The notes: generated from the letters alone by a model not told the origin. A DNA stretch of 64,000 nt from Candidatus Latescibacterota bacterium (GCA_965200315.1 OZ241362.1:3136001-3200000), one strand, 5' to 3'; numbered from the stretch's first letter, positions 26,418-36,662 are shown. Numbers and translations: made by a program.

Positions 26418-27648
26418 GGTTTTCGTCCTCGGCGGCTGCGTGTTTGAGCAAGAGGGCGTGGCCCATCTTGTCGCGCTTGGTTGTTAGGTAGCGGATGTTG
26501 TGCGGGTTGGGAGCGGCCTCAATGGGCACTTGCTCGACGACGGTCAGGCCATAAGCCTCCAAACCGACCCGCTTCTTGGGATTGTTGGTCAAAAAGCGTA
26601 CGCGGCGCAATCCTAGGTCGTAGAGCACTTGAGCGCCGATGCCGTAGTCGCGCGAGTCCATGGGGTGGCCGAGGGCGTGGTTGGCTTCGATGGTGTCGAG
26701 GCCCTGCTGTTGCAGTTCGTATGCCTTGAGCTTGTGCAAGATGCCGATGCCGCGCCCTTCGTGATGCTGAATATAGACGATGACGCCGCGTCCTTCTGCG
26801 GCAATGAGCTGCATGGATTGCGCTAGCTGTTCACCGCAGTCGCACAGCAGCGAGCCGAGCGCATCGCCGGTCAGGCAACCCGAATGCATGCGCACCAAGG
26901 TGTCGCGGCCGTCGGCGACCTCGCCGTACACGAGGGCGAGGTACGGGTTGTCGTCAACCAAGCTGCGGTACGCATAGGCCGTGAATTCGCCGCAGCGGGT
27001 TGGCATGGGCGACTGAGCCTCTAGATGGATCAGTTTCTCGGTGCGGCGGCGATGGGCAATCAGGTCGTGGATGGTGGTGAGCTTGAGGTCGTGTTCGCGT
27101 ACGAAGTTGAGCAGGTAGGACGCGTCGGCCAGCGCACCCCCTTCATCGAGGATGGCGGCGATCAAGGCCACGGGCTGGCTGTCGGCCATCTGCGCCAAAT
27201 CGACTGAGGCTTCGGTGTGGCCGGCGCGGCGCAACACCCCGCCCGGTTGGGCTTGGAGTGGCGTGACGTGCCCGGGCTGGACGAAGTCTTCGGGCGCACT
27301 GGCGGGATCGGCTAGTTTGCGGATAGTCGCGGCCCGATCCTGAGCCGAAACGCCGGTGCCCTCAATGGCGCGGGCATTGACCGAGACCATGATCGAGGCG
27401 TCTATCGGCTCGTGGGCCTTGGAAATATGCAGATGCAGTTCAAGAGCTTTGAGGTGGTCTTCGGTGGCAGCGACCACGGGCGGACTGCTGGCGCAGCGCG
27501 TCATAAAGTTGACCGAGGCGGCGGTGGCTCGGTCGGCGAGCATCACCAGTACGCCCTCGCCCACAGTTTCGCACTCGTCGACGAGCACGACCATGCGGCC
27601 GTTTTGCAGGTCTTCGACGACCTCTTCAATGGTGTTGAAATCGAGCAT
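26401..27648 (-). CDS. ribBA: RibBA-type fusion: degenerate DHBP-synthase domain plus GTP cyclohydrolase II
   Basis: C-terminal [10 protein letters not shown]...CDCGEQL, EGRGIG, TNNPKK. The N-terminal domain keeps PGHV and RAGHTEA but lacks RENEGD. Confidence 0.9.
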   Translation of the reverse strand: MLDFNTIEEVVEDLQNGRMVVLVDECETVGEGVLVMLADRATAASVNFMTRCASSPPVVAATEDHLKALELHLHISKAHEPIDASIMVSVNARAIEGTGVSAQDRAATIRKLADPASAPEDFVQPGHVTPLQAQPGGVLRRAGHTEASVDLAQMADSQPVALIAAILDEGGALADASYLLNFVREHDLKLTTIHDLIAHRRRTEKLIHLEAQSPMPTRCGEFTAYAYRSLVDDNPYLALVYGEVADGRDTLVRMHSGCLTGDALGSLLCDCGEQLAQSMQLIAAEGRGVIVYIQHHEGRGIGILHKLKAYELQQQGLDTIEANHALGHPMDSRDYGIGAQVLYDLGLRRVRFLTNNPKKRVGLEAYGLTVVEQVPIEAAPNPHNIRYLTTKRDKMGHALLLKHAAAEDENHAKSA

Positions 27649-27651
27649 TGC

Positions 27652-28281
27652 TCAGTATCCCATATCGCGCAAGTCCTCGAAGCTGAGCTGGGGTTGCCCA
27701 CCGAGCAAACGCTCGACATAGCGGGCGATCACATCGACTTCGAGGTTGACGGAATCACCGGTGAGCCGGTGGCTAAGCGTCGTCTTGTCAAATGTATGCG
27801 GAATGACCGCAATCGTAAAGGCATCGCCGCTGACCTCGGCCACCGTCAGGCTGATGCCATCGAGGGCCACCGAGCCTTTGGTGGCGATGTAGCGGGCGAG
27901 CGCGGGCGGCGGCTCGATCTCGAAGCGATGCTCCCCGTCGCGCTCCGTGCGCCGGCGAATGCGGGCGATGCCATCGACGTGCCCCAACACGAGATGGCCG
28001 CCGAGCCGCTGATCGGCGCGGAGGGCGCACTCTAGATTAACCGCTTGCCCGATAGCAAGGGTGCCCAAGGTCGTGCGGGAGAGCGTTTCGGCGACCGTCT
28101 CGACCGCAAAGCTGCTCTCTCCTATGGCCACCACAGTCTGGCAAACCCCGTCGATATTGACGCTGTCCCCCACCTGCAAGCCGGCGAGAACGCGCTCGGC
28201 TTCGATCTCCAACTGCTGGAAAGCGCCTCGGCGCACGCGGCCGCGTACGCTCCCGAGTTCCTCTATGAGTCCGGTGAACAA
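27652..28281 (-). CDS. ribE: Riboflavin synthase
   Basis: MFTGLIEE, DGVCQTV, GGHLVLGHVDG, DGISLTV, VNLEVD; TTG start. Confidence 0.95.
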   Translation of the reverse strand: MFTGLIEELGSVRGRVRRGAFQQLEIEAERVLAGLQVGDSVNIDGVCQTVVAIGESSFAVETVAETLSRTTLGTLAIGQAVNLECALRADQRLGGHLVLGHVDGIARIRRRTERDGEHRFEIEPPPALARYIATKGSVALDGISLTVAEVSGDAFTIAVIPHTFDKTTLSHRLTGDSVNLEVDVIARYVERLLGGQPQLSFEDLRDMGY

Positions 28282-29360
28282 GGGTATTGTACCTCAGCCG
28301 TATAGAGCAGGTCAGGGCCTAGCCGCTGGATGCGGCTGGATGCAAGGCGAATGGCCTCGGCCGCACGTTCGACCCCCAAGTCGCCAATGGCAGCAACCCC
28401 CTCGCCCATCAGCCTCGGTGCGAGGTAGAGCTGAACTTGGTCAACGACGCGGTCGCCGAGTGCGGCCGCGGCCAACTGGCCACCGCCTTCGATGAGGACG
28501 CTGGTCATGCCCTCTCGCGCCATGCGCGCAAGGGGCAAGCGCAAGTTGATGCGCCCGGCAGACGCCGGAAAAGTCCAAATCTCAGCCCCTTTGGCCGCGT
28601 AGGCCCGGTGCTTGTCGGCGGGTGTATCCTCTGCCGTGACGAGTACGGCTCCGGGCCGCTGATAGACGCGAGCCGCGGGCGCGGTGTGCAAACGCCCGTC
28701 TATGACGATGGGCCGCGGGTCGCGCCCGGACACGTGGCGCACCGTCAGCAGGGGATCGTCGGCTTGCACGGTGCCTGCGCCTACGATCACGGCATCGACC
28801 CAAGAGCGCCAGCGATGAACGTGGCGTCGCGCTCGCTCGCCGGTGATCCAACGCGCATCGCCGCTGCTTGCCGCAATGCGGCCGTCGAGGGTCTGCGCCA
28901 GCTTGAGCAGGACCAAGGGCAGGTTTTGGGTGCGGTGTTTAACGTAAGCCACGTTGAGGCGGCGCGCCTCTTCAGCGCAAAGCCCAACGTCAATGGCGAC
29001 ACCCTTTTCCCGCAGCGCGGCGATCCCCCGCCCAGCCGTGCGCTCGTCGGGATCTTCCATCGCGCAGTAGAGCCTTTTAATGCCAGCGCGAAGCACAGCT
29101 TCAGTACAGGGCGGGGTACGGCCGTGGAAGGAGCAAGGCTCCAGCGTGACGTAGAGATCGGCCCCCCGCGCCGCGTCGCCGGCCCGGCACAGGGCGTGGA
29201 CCTCGGCATGGAATCCGCCGACCTTCAGATGGGCCCCTTCGCCGACGATGCAGTCCCCGCGCACCACGACCGCGCCGACCATGGGATTGGGGCTGACCTT
29301 GCCGCGACCTCGCTGCGCTAACCGCAGGGCACGGCGCATGTATTGCTCGGGCTGGTTCAC
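28263..29360 (-). CDS. ribD: Riboflavin biosynthesis deaminase/reductase
   Basis: SPNPMVGAV, HAE, TLEPC...PPC, TLDGRIA, IEGGG. Confidence 0.96.
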   Translation of the reverse strand: MNQPEQYMRRALRLAQRGRGKVSPNPMVGAVVVRGDCIVGEGAHLKVGGFHAEVHALCRAGDAARGADLYVTLEPCSFHGRTPPCTEAVLRAGIKRLYCAMEDPDERTAGRGIAALREKGVAIDVGLCAEEARRLNVAYVKHRTQNLPLVLLKLAQTLDGRIAASSGDARWITGERARRHVHRWRSWVDAVIVGAGTVQADDPLLTVRHVSGRDPRPIVIDGRLHTAPAARVYQRPGAVLVTAEDTPADKHRAYAAKGAEIWTFPASAGRINLRLPLARMAREGMTSVLIEGGGQLAAAALGDRVVDQVQLYLAPRLMGEGVAAIGDLGVERAAEAIRLASSRIQRLGPDLLYTAEVQYPCSPDS

Positions 29361-31384
29361 TTGATTTGGATGACGATTTGCCGCACGCCGATGTTGTCGA
29401 GGTCGTCGATGGCCCGCACGACAATGACGTGCTCGCCCGTCGCTAGCCCTTCGACCACAAAGCGCGCCTTTTCGCTGCGGCTGTCAAAGACGCCGTCCAG
29501 CGGCGCGATGGGGTGCTGTTGCTCGTCGTAGTCCATGGTGTAATAGGCCTTTTGCACCGCTGAGATGCGGTCGCTAATCGCCACTTCGACGACGGCACCA
29601 TCGGCGCTGGTCTGCGCGTCGAGTGCAACGGTTGGCGGGCTGTTGTCAATGGCGAAGGGCGCACTTTCGCGCTCGTCGCGCAGGCGTTCGGCCGCTGGGT
29701 TGTCCATGTGATCCGAGGCCACCAGCTTGAGCTGGGTCTGGCCTTCGGGCATGGATTCGGTATCCCAGAGAACCGAAGTTTGCGCGATGTTCTCCTCAAC
29801 CAACTTCCAAGCTCGTTGATCTTCGCCCTTGAGATAGAGGTCGTAAACCAGTTCGTCCTCGTTGGGGTCTTGGGCCTGCCAGCGCACTAGACGCAGGCTT
29901 TTCGCTTGGGGAGGCCGGTTGTTGCGCCGCCCTGGGCCAGCTTGAGGTGCGCCTTGTGATTGACCGCCGTTGCCGGATTGTTGCGGCCGGAAGGGGAAGG
30001 TTTGCAGGTCGGTGATGCGGGGTTTGAGGTTGACTTGGACGCCGCGGATTTCGATCGAGCTGAGCCGGGGCGTGGCCCCGTCGCGCGTGGATTCCATTTC
30101 GACCCGGTACTGGATAAAGCGAGCGGGGGGACTGGCGATGGTTTGGCCGCTCTCGGTCAGCGGCTCAGACCACGCGCTCCAAGTTTTGTCCGGCTCTTCG
30201 CTGTTGCCGGTGCGCGTCTGCACGGTTATGCGGGTGTCTGAGGGTTGGGTGCCGCGCCATTCGAGCACACCCCATCGTGCGTGGATGGCAAAGTCCTCGA
30301 CTGCTGATTCAAAGTGCCCCTTGAGTCGGCCCTGCTCGGGCAGGATAGAGACAGCGGCGTTTTGCGACCCGCCCAAGTAAAGCGCCCCACCTGATCCGAA
30401 TAAGAGGCGGCTGGGGACGAAGCTCTCGAATTGCACGACCAACGACCGGCGGCCATCGGTGCTGAGGCGCAAAAGCCGCGCTGGGTTGGAGGTGCTGAGC
30501 AGCAGGTGTTCACCGGCTGCAACGAGATTGACGAGTTGGGCTTCGGTATCCTCCCATATCGGATAGACCGCCCCCTCCGCGCCGGCTCGGTACACGGCCG
30601 CCGGGACCTTGTTGGAATTTTCGCCCCTGCTCGGCGCGGGAATCGCACTGGCGAAGATCGCCCCGTTGGTCCCTGCTACTAGGTTGCGAATTTCTTCCTG
30701 CTCGCATTCAAAGAGCAGCCGCCCGCGGCCCTCGCCGTCGATCTCGTAGATGCGGCCCTTGTCAGCCGTGCCGGCGTACAAGCGGTTGTTGTGGGCGAGC
30801 AGGGTTATGACGTGGCGATCTTCTGGCGCAAAGAAGACTTCGTGCGACCCATCTTTGGCGATTTTGAGCACTCGGCCGGGTTCACCTGTGGCTGCGTAGA
30901 GTTGGCCATCGACTAAGGAGAAGTCCCACACGTAGTGGCTACCGGTCTGGAGCAAGGTTTTCGCCTGCCCCTCGCTGTCGATCTGATAGATCAGGCCGTC
31001 GGGAGCCGAGCCAGCGTAGAGCCGACGATCAGGGCCGACGATCAGGGCGTGGAGGACGAGTTCGGGCGAGTCAAATAGCAACTCGGCTTGCCCCTCGTCA
31101 TCGACGACAAAGAGCCGGCCCGAGTCGCCCGTGCCCACGTAGAGCCCCCCCTTGGGATTGGGTGTCATGGACCAGACGCGCTCGGCTTCTAATGACGCTA
31201 GCTCGACGAGCGTAGGTGCCAACTCCAACGCGCCGTCCGCGGCAATGGAGATGCCTTCGCTCTCGCCTTCGGCGAAGTCGTCGTACGCGTGCTGCTGCCA
31301 AGCCTTGGCGCGCCCCGCTTCGGTTGTGCTGACTGCCGGTAGTAGCAAGAAAAACGAAAACAGGACTCGGGTTGTAAGTATCAT
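29357..31384 (-). CDS. Secreted beta-propeller protein with C-terminal Ig/FN3-like domains
   Basis: Signal peptide; repeated LY(V/A)GT blades; TRTGNS...WSAWS, SPPARFIQYR, IDNSPP. Confidence 0.82.
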   Translation of the reverse strand: MILTTRVLFSFFLLLPAVSTTEAGRAKAWQQHAYDDFAEGESEGISIAADGALELAPTLVELASLEAERVWSMTPNPKGGLYVGTGDSGRLFVVDDEGQAELLFDSPELVLHALIVGPDRRLYAGSAPDGLIYQIDSEGQAKTLLQTGSHYVWDFSLVDGQLYAATGEPGRVLKIAKDGSHEVFFAPEDRHVITLLAHNNRLYAGTADKGRIYEIDGEGRGRLLFECEQEEIRNLVAGTNGAIFASAIPAPSRGENSNKVPAAVYRAGAEGAVYPIWEDTEAQLVNLVAAGEHLLLSTSNPARLLRLSTDGRRSLVVQFESFVPSRLLFGSGGALYLGGSQNAAVSILPEQGRLKGHFESAVEDFAIHARWGVLEWRGTQPSDTRITVQTRTGNSEEPDKTWSAWSEPLTESGQTIASPPARFIQYRVEMESTRDGATPRLSSIEIRGVQVNLKPRITDLQTFPFRPQQSGNGGQSQGAPQAGPGRRNNRPPQAKSLRLVRWQAQDPNEDELVYDLYLKGEDQRAWKLVEENIAQTSVLWDTESMPEGQTQLKLVASDHMDNPAAERLRDERESAPFAIDNSPPTVALDAQTSADGAVVEVAISDRISAVQKAYYTMDYDEQQHPIAPLDGVFDSRSEKARFVVEGLATGEHVIVVRAIDDLDNIGVRQIVIQIK

Positions 31385-31388
31385 TAGA

Positions 31389-33182
31389 TCAGGGCTTTCT
31401 CAAGGTCATGTCGAGGCTTTGCTCGCCTAAGAGCACGTAGTCGATGGTCAGGGTGTGGCGGAGGACGACCTCGCCGCGGACTAGCCCCAGATGCCCAGCC
31501 GAGCGATCCGCGTTCAACACGGCCAACGCCGAGGGCGGCAGCCCGGGCAACTCGCGCCCTTTCATCGTAAAGCCCGGCTCCACGCGAAAGACCTCGACGA
31601 CCAGTTCGTCGGCCGCCCCCGTGCGCTCGAGCAATGCGAGCAAGTCGGCGGCATTGCGCGGCACAAACGCAGCGGGCTGGCGCGCCGCTTCCCAATCTGT
31701 GCTCGCCACACCACTGCCGACGCGCACGACGAAGGGACCGGGTTTGAGATGTGCGGGCAAACGTAGCTCTAGGTGCTCTGTTACCGGCTCGGCGCGATAC
31801 GGTTGCAACGTCGCTTGCAGCGCAACCCGCTGCCCGGCCTTGGGTTCGGGCGGCGACAATCGCAGGCCCGTGATGCGGGCTTGGGCGAGGGTTTCGCTGA
31901 TTTCCAACTCAAAGTGCAGCGAGTCTAAAGTCAGCCCGGCGAAGGGGTTGTTGAGCAACACGCCGACCGGCTGCACGGCGTCTATCACGGCTCTGAGTGG
32001 CGCGATTCCGCTGCTGTACACTTGGTCGCGCTCCACTGTGCGGCCATCGGCCAGCGCGATGTGGCTGCGCATTCGCAGCGTGGCGTCGCCAAAGAGTTTT
32101 TCAGTGGTTTCGAGGGAGTTGAACAAAACCGAGCGGACCAAGGACGCGCTTAGTTCGGGGTGGCGCAGCACCTCGCAGCGGAAGTTGTGACCGTCGGCCG
32201 CCGATCGCAAGGCGACTCGCACTGGCAGCATGTCCGGCGCTTCGCCCAGCGTCCCGGCGATCGCGGGAAGGCGGTCTTGGCGCACTGCCCCCATTGCGCC
32301 GGTCGGCGTCCCCAGCTTGAAGGAGAAGGTCTGGATGGGAATGACTTGGTGGATATAGGCACCAGTGGCGGGCAGGTTGGTGGCCCCCCAAAAAAACAGC
32401 GGATGCCCAAAGCCGACGAAACGCCCGTCGCCGACCCAAGTAAGAGTGCCTATTGCCGCGGCGCTGTAATCGCCGCGGATTAGCTGCACGGCCAGCGAGG
32501 CTCCAGGCGCAATGGACACCTCGTTTCGGCTGAGCTCTTGGTCGGACAGTTCCTGCCCTGTCGGGCTGTCCAAAAACTGGATGCCCGGCGCGTCGAGCGC
32601 GTCGCGCAACACTTTCCGCCCCCGCGGACTGAAGCCAGCAACGGCTATGGGCATCCCCAGCGGCGCTAGGGTGCTGGCTTCGACGTTGAGCTCAGCCGAA
32701 ACGACGCCCTCGCCGCCGAGCAGACGGGTAGTCTCTTCATCTAGTAGTTCTAATTCTAAGACTTTTCCGTGCTGGCTTGGCGCGGGATATTCGCGCGTGG
32801 CGATGTCCAGCATGTGGGAGATGGGGGTGATGCCGCCGATGGGATCCTTGGAAAAGTACCAGCCATAAGCGATGGCACCGATGAGCCGTCCGTCGATGTA
32901 CACCGGGCTGCCGCTCATGCCCCTTATTATGCCCGTGTGTGCCAACGGGCCGCCGGAGAGCCGTGCGAGGATCATGTCCATGCGCGGCCCCAAGGCCCCT
33001 TTTAGCACTCCCAAAATTTCGACTTGGAAGGTGTCGATCTCAGTGCCTTGAAAGGTTGTCAACCCAAAGCCGCTCATGCCGCGGCGCAACTCGCTTGGCT
33101 CCATGAAAGGTTGTGCGCGGAGTGCGGGAACAGCCAAGAGCAACGACGCTAGTGCAACTAGTATGCGAAATGAGGTCTGCAC
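31389..33182 (-). CDS. SpoIVB-like peptidase S55 domain protein
   Basis: Signal peptide; GIIRGMSGSPVYIDGRLIGAIAYG; FGHP. Confidence 0.88.
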   Translation of the reverse strand: MQTSFRILVALASLLLAVPALRAQPFMEPSELRRGMSGFGLTTFQGTEIDTFQVEILGVLKGALGPRMDMILARLSGGPLAHTGIIRGMSGSPVYIDGRLIGAIAYGWYFSKDPIGGITPISHMLDIATREYPAPSQHGKVLELELLDEETTRLLGGEGVVSAELNVEASTLAPLGMPIAVAGFSPRGRKVLRDALDAPGIQFLDSPTGQELSDQELSRNEVSIAPGASLAVQLIRGDYSAAAIGTLTWVGDGRFVGFGHPLFFWGATNLPATGAYIHQVIPIQTFSFKLGTPTGAMGAVRQDRLPAIAGTLGEAPDMLPVRVALRSAADGHNFRCEVLRHPELSASLVRSVLFNSLETTEKLFGDATLRMRSHIALADGRTVERDQVYSSGIAPLRAVIDAVQPVGVLLNNPFAGLTLDSLHFELEISETLAQARITGLRLSPPEPKAGQRVALQATLQPYRAEPVTEHLELRLPAHLKPGPFVVRVGSGVASTDWEAARQPAAFVPRNAADLLALLERTGAADELVVEVFRVEPGFTMKGRELPGLPPSALAVLNADRSAGHLGLVRGEVVLRHTLTIDYVLLGEQSLDMTLRKP

Positions 33183-33399
33183 GACCTTTTGCTTGCCTTT
33201 CCCTCAGAGAAAAGAATGAAAAAACCTATACTTGGGCTAGGGAAAAGTCAAGGTAAGCCAAGCGATTATAGGCGTTGTAACATTTTGTTTGACAATAAGT
33301 TGCCTCTTTTGGAGATTTGCGGCAGTCCCTTGACAAACTTCGCGCTAGACGCCATTACTGTTGCTCTTGCAACCACCTACATGCCAATAGGAGAAGATC

Positions 33400-34404
33400 A
33401 TGCTGAATATCGGTTTTATCGGCTGCGGCGGCATCGCCCGCCATCACGCTAGCTGCTTATCCCAAATCCGGGGTGCGCGCATTGTCGCGGCTGCGGATGT
33501 CGTGGCCGACGCGGCCGCGGCTTTCGCCCGCGACTTTGGAGCCGAACACCACTTCGCGGACTTTCGAGCGCTGCTCGACCTGCCCGAGATCGACGCGGTG
33601 TGGGTCTGCACCCCCACCTTCCAGCACCCCGCCCCGGTCATCGCCGCAGCCAAAGCTGGCAAGCACGTCTTCTGCGAGAAGCCTATGGCGCTGAAGGTGG
33701 CTGATGCGCGGCGCATGGCGAATGCTTGCCGCCAAGCCGACGTGCGGCTGACCATTGGTTTCGTGCGCCGCTTTGACGCTCAGTGGGGCAAACTCAAGGA
33801 GGTCGTCCAATCCGGTGCCGTCGGCTCGCCGGTCATCTGGCGCTTTGCTGCGGGGGGGCGTCCAGGCCGCCCGTGGTTCCGCGATGTGAACAAAGGCGGC
33901 GGCCCGCTGATGGACGGTGCCGTGCATAACTACGATTTCGCCTTGCAGATTTTCGGCCCGGCCGCTTCGGCCCAAGCCTCTTCTCTGCAATTCGATCCCA
34001 CCAGCGTCGGTGCTGACACCGCCAGCGTTATCATCAACTTTGCCAGCGGCGACCAGCACTCCTTGATCTGGTCTTGGGGCGTGGCCGCTGGCGCACCCGT
34101 GGCGAGCCTCAACGATGTGATTGGCCCGGCCGGCACCCTGCAATTCGGCATGACCGCGCAAAAGGCCCCGGCGCGCTTCAACCCGCAAAAAAGTGGTGCC
34201 TTCACGCTCAAGCTGGGCGAAGGCCGCGAGCGGGTGTACACCTATCCGCTCAAGGACATGTTCGCCGAACAGGACAAACACGTGGTCAAGTGCTTTGCCA
34301 AGGGCGAACAGCCCTTAGTAACGGGGGAAGATGGGATCGCCGCCTTGGAGGTTGCGACGGCTGTGTTGCGGGCTGGGAGGGGGCAGCGGACGGTTAGGAT
34401 CTGA
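33400..34404 (+). CDS. Gfo/Idh/MocA family oxidoreductase
   Basis: IGCGGIA, HVFCEKPMA, GFVRRF, GGGPLMDGAVH. Confidence 0.93.
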   Translation: MLNIGFIGCGGIARHHASCLSQIRGARIVAAADVVADAAAAFARDFGAEHHFADFRALLDLPEIDAVWVCTPTFQHPAPVIAAAKAGKHVFCEKPMALKVADARRMANACRQADVRLTIGFVRRFDAQWGKLKEVVQSGAVGSPVIWRFAAGGRPGRPWFRDVNKGGGPLMDGAVHNYDFALQIFGPAASAQASSLQFDPTSVGADTASVIINFASGDQHSLIWSWGVAAGAPVASLNDVIGPAGTLQFGMTAQKAPARFNPQKSGAFTLKLGEGRERVYTYPLKDMFAEQDKHVVKCFAKGEQPLVTGEDGIAALEVATAVLRAGRGQRTVRI

Positions 34405-34433
34405 CGCGAGAGAACTTCCGCGCCGCTCGCTTC

Positions 34434-34461
34434 ATAGGGCGTCCACAAGGGGACGCCCTAT
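34434..34461. repeat. REP-like hairpin, possible bidirectional terminator
   Basis: ATAGGGCGTCC-ACAAGG-GGACGCCCTAT, a perfect 11-bp stem between convergent genes. Confidence 0.6.
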
Positions 34462-34500
34462 ATCATTCCTTTCATAGAAACCAGCTTTAATTCTGCACGA

Positions 34501-34866
34501 CTAAGGCAGCAACCTGTTCGGCCAGCCGGATCGCCTTCTTGTTTCTACATCGGGGTCTTCTGATCCCCCCATCGGATAGCGCACCGTCGTCCCATACTCG
34601 CCTAAAATTTCGGCAGCCGACATCAATTCTTCAAAGGCAGGTTCGTGTGTCGTGCATAACTGCGTAAGATAAACGAGATCATGTACAAAGCGGAAAGGCA
34701 CTGATTGAGCGATCAGATAGCCCTTCAGATATTTCTCGGCGCATTGTTGGGCGTGATAGCAGACCATCTCCGGGAGGAGCTTTTTTGGCCCCAACGCCCG
34801 ACGAGCCATCTCCAGATCTTGATCGGCCTTCTCGAACCATTTTCGTTCAGGCGACACGCCGCTCAT
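34501..34866 (-). CDS. HEPN domain protein (C-terminal helix apparently frameshifted)
   Basis: WFEKADQDL, CYHAQQCAEKYLKG, HDLVYL, VRYP. A shifted frame gives AIRLAEQVAALVVQN* ending at 34487. Confidence 0.85.
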   Translation of the reverse strand: MSGVSPERKWFEKADQDLEMARRALGPKKLLPEMVCYHAQQCAEKYLKGYLIAQSVPFRFVHDLVYLTQLCTTHEPAFEELMSAAEILGEYGTTVRYPMGGSEDPDVETRRRSGWPNRLLP

Positions 34867-35191
34867 ACAGCACTTTCCCCTCTTTTAGCACCTTGTAGAT
34901 CAAGGAATACGGGTCATTGCGCTGCTCGGCTAGGACTTCTGGAGAGCGGATAACCACATCGACGGGCAAGATGAAACGCTCGGCAATCGCCCGACGAATC
35001 GGATTGCCGTGCTGTGGTGGTCCTGCATCTGCACGAAACACGACCAGCAGATCTACATCGCTGTGCGCTCCAATCTCTCCGCGAGCATGGCTGCCGAAGA
35101 GAATGATTTGTTCAGGATCAAAGCGTTCAACAATTAGTTGTGTTATGGCTTGGATGGAGGTGCTGTCGATATGGGATTCAATGGCATTCAT
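34847..35191 (-). CDS. Minimal nucleotidyltransferase (MNT), partner of HEPN
   Basis: ILFGSHARG...SDVDLLVV (GSx10DxD), EGKVLYE; overlaps the HEPN gene. Confidence 0.9.
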   Translation of the reverse strand: MNAIESHIDSTSIQAITQLIVERFDPEQIILFGSHARGEIGAHSDVDLLVVFRADAGPPQHGNPIRRAIAERFILPVDVVIRSPEVLAEQRNDPYSLIYKVLKEGKVLYERRVA

Positions 35192-35347
35192 AAGCACCTC
35201 TTGCTTCGGAAATTCATCAAGACTGGCAGCCTCAATGTGTAAGCCCTCAATGTCGCTTTGGGCACAGAAAACCTGTGCCTTATTTTATGCACTTTCGCTT
35301 CCAAGCGATTTAACTCTTTGGCAGTCATACCCCAAGAAGAAGCTAAC

Positions 35348-36472
35348 CTACCAGTCCACGACCGACCCGTCGTCGGGATCCAAGCGAGCTCGATAGGGAC
35401 TCGGTTCGCCGACTTGGGCCATGAGCTTGTCTTCGTCGATGGTGATGCCGAGGCCGGGCTCTGTGGGCAGAGGCCGATGGCCGTTGGCGACCGGTGGCAA
35501 GGGTTTGGCCAGCAGGTCCGCGTATTCGTTGTCGCCGCGCTCTTGGATGAGAAAGTTGGGGATGGAAGCGGCGACCTGTAGACTCGCGGCAAGCGAACAG
35601 GGGCCTTGGGGGTTGTGCGGGGCCAGCGGCGAGTAGTAGGCCTCGGCCATGCCGGCGATGATCTTCAATTCGGTGATGCCACCGGCATAGCAAACGTCCG
35701 GTTGGAGGATGTGGGCGGCGCGTTTTTCGAGGATTTCCTTGAATCCCCACTTGGTAAAGATGCGTTCACCCGTGGCAATGGGGATGTGGGTTTTTGCGGC
35801 GATTTCGGCCATGACGTCGACGTTGAGGGCCTGGACGATTTCCTCGTAGAACCAAGGATGATACGGTTCGAGTGCCTTGACGAGCAGTAGGGCGGTAGGG
35901 GGCTGCACTGCGCCGTGAAAGTCAACGGCGATATCGACGCCGGAGCCGTGTTGTTCGCGCAGCGCCTTGAAACGCTCGACGATCTCATCGACGAATTTTT
36001 GGCCCTCGATGTATCTGAAGGGGGAACGCGACGTGCCCGGCCCCACCTTCATGGCGTTGACGCCGGTCTTCTCACTCACTTCGCCGTAAACCCGAACCCG
36101 CTCGCGCGTGGGGCCGCCGAGCAGTTTGTACACGGGCACACCATAGCATTTGCCGGCAATGTCCCAAAGGGCCATGTCAATGCCGGAGGAAATGGCGGTT
36201 TTGATCGGGCCGCCGCGATAGAAGGCACCGCGATGGATGGCCTGCCAGTGGTGAGTGACTGGGCGCGGATCCTTGCCCACTAGGTAGTCGGCGACTTCGA
36301 GCGCGCCGGCGGCACAGGCCCTGGCGTCGTCCTTGAGCATCTCGCCCCAACCAGTGATGCCTGCGTCCGTGGAGAGCTTGACGAAGACCCAGGAGTTTTT
36401 GAGAACGAATGTCTCGATCTTGGTGACTTTAATCGCATCGTTGGGACTGATGGGATCTGTAGTGCTCGACAT
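35348..36472 (-). CDS. Mandelate racemase/enolase-superfamily dehydratase (galactonate dehydratase-like)
   Basis: AISSGIDMALWDIAGK, LLGG, DFHG, YEE, TGERI, QPDV, PHN, PGLGI. Confidence 0.88.
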   Translation of the reverse strand: MSSTTDPISPNDAIKVTKIETFVLKNSWVFVKLSTDAGITGWGEMLKDDARACAAGALEVADYLVGKDPRPVTHHWQAIHRGAFYRGGPIKTAISSGIDMALWDIAGKCYGVPVYKLLGGPTRERVRVYGEVSEKTGVNAMKVGPGTSRSPFRYIEGQKFVDEIVERFKALREQHGSGVDIAVDFHGAVQPPTALLLVKALEPYHPWFYEEIVQALNVDVMAEIAAKTHIPIATGERIFTKWGFKEILEKRAAHILQPDVCYAGGITELKIIAGMAEAYYSPLAPHNPQGPCSLAASLQVAASIPNFLIQERGDNEYADLLAKPLPPVANGHRPLPTEPGLGITIDEDKLMAQVGEPSPYRARLDPDDGSVVDW

Positions 36473-36507
36473 GGCGGTAAACCTTTGGTTACAGGGTGAT
36501 CGTTTGC

Positions 36508-36615
36508 TATAGCAATCCTACATCATTCACAAGATAATCCGCAGATGAACGCAGAATAGTAGAAACAAGACGATCGGCATCTTGAATCGTTCAAGTCATC
36601 TAGGATTGCTCTATA
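36508..36615. mobile_element. MITE-like element with (TA)TAGCAATCCTA terminal inverted repeats
   Basis: TATAGCAATCCTAC (36508-36521) and TAGGATTGCTCTATA (36601-36615). Internal AAGATAATCCGCAGATG is shared with 6161. Confidence 0.6.
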
Positions 36616-36662
36616 TGGACGGTCCTTCACGGGCAGGATGAACGGAGTTATCAGCTCGCGGG

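Noticed and set aside
29340-29400. FMN riboswitch upstream of ribD
   Set aside because: The ribD start overlaps the upstream stop, leaving no leader; no RFN motif was seen at 33183-33399 either.
35192-35345. Possible short ORF (MTAKELNRL...) between the enolase and MNT genes
   Set aside because: No recognisable motif; probably a decayed remnant and not supportable.
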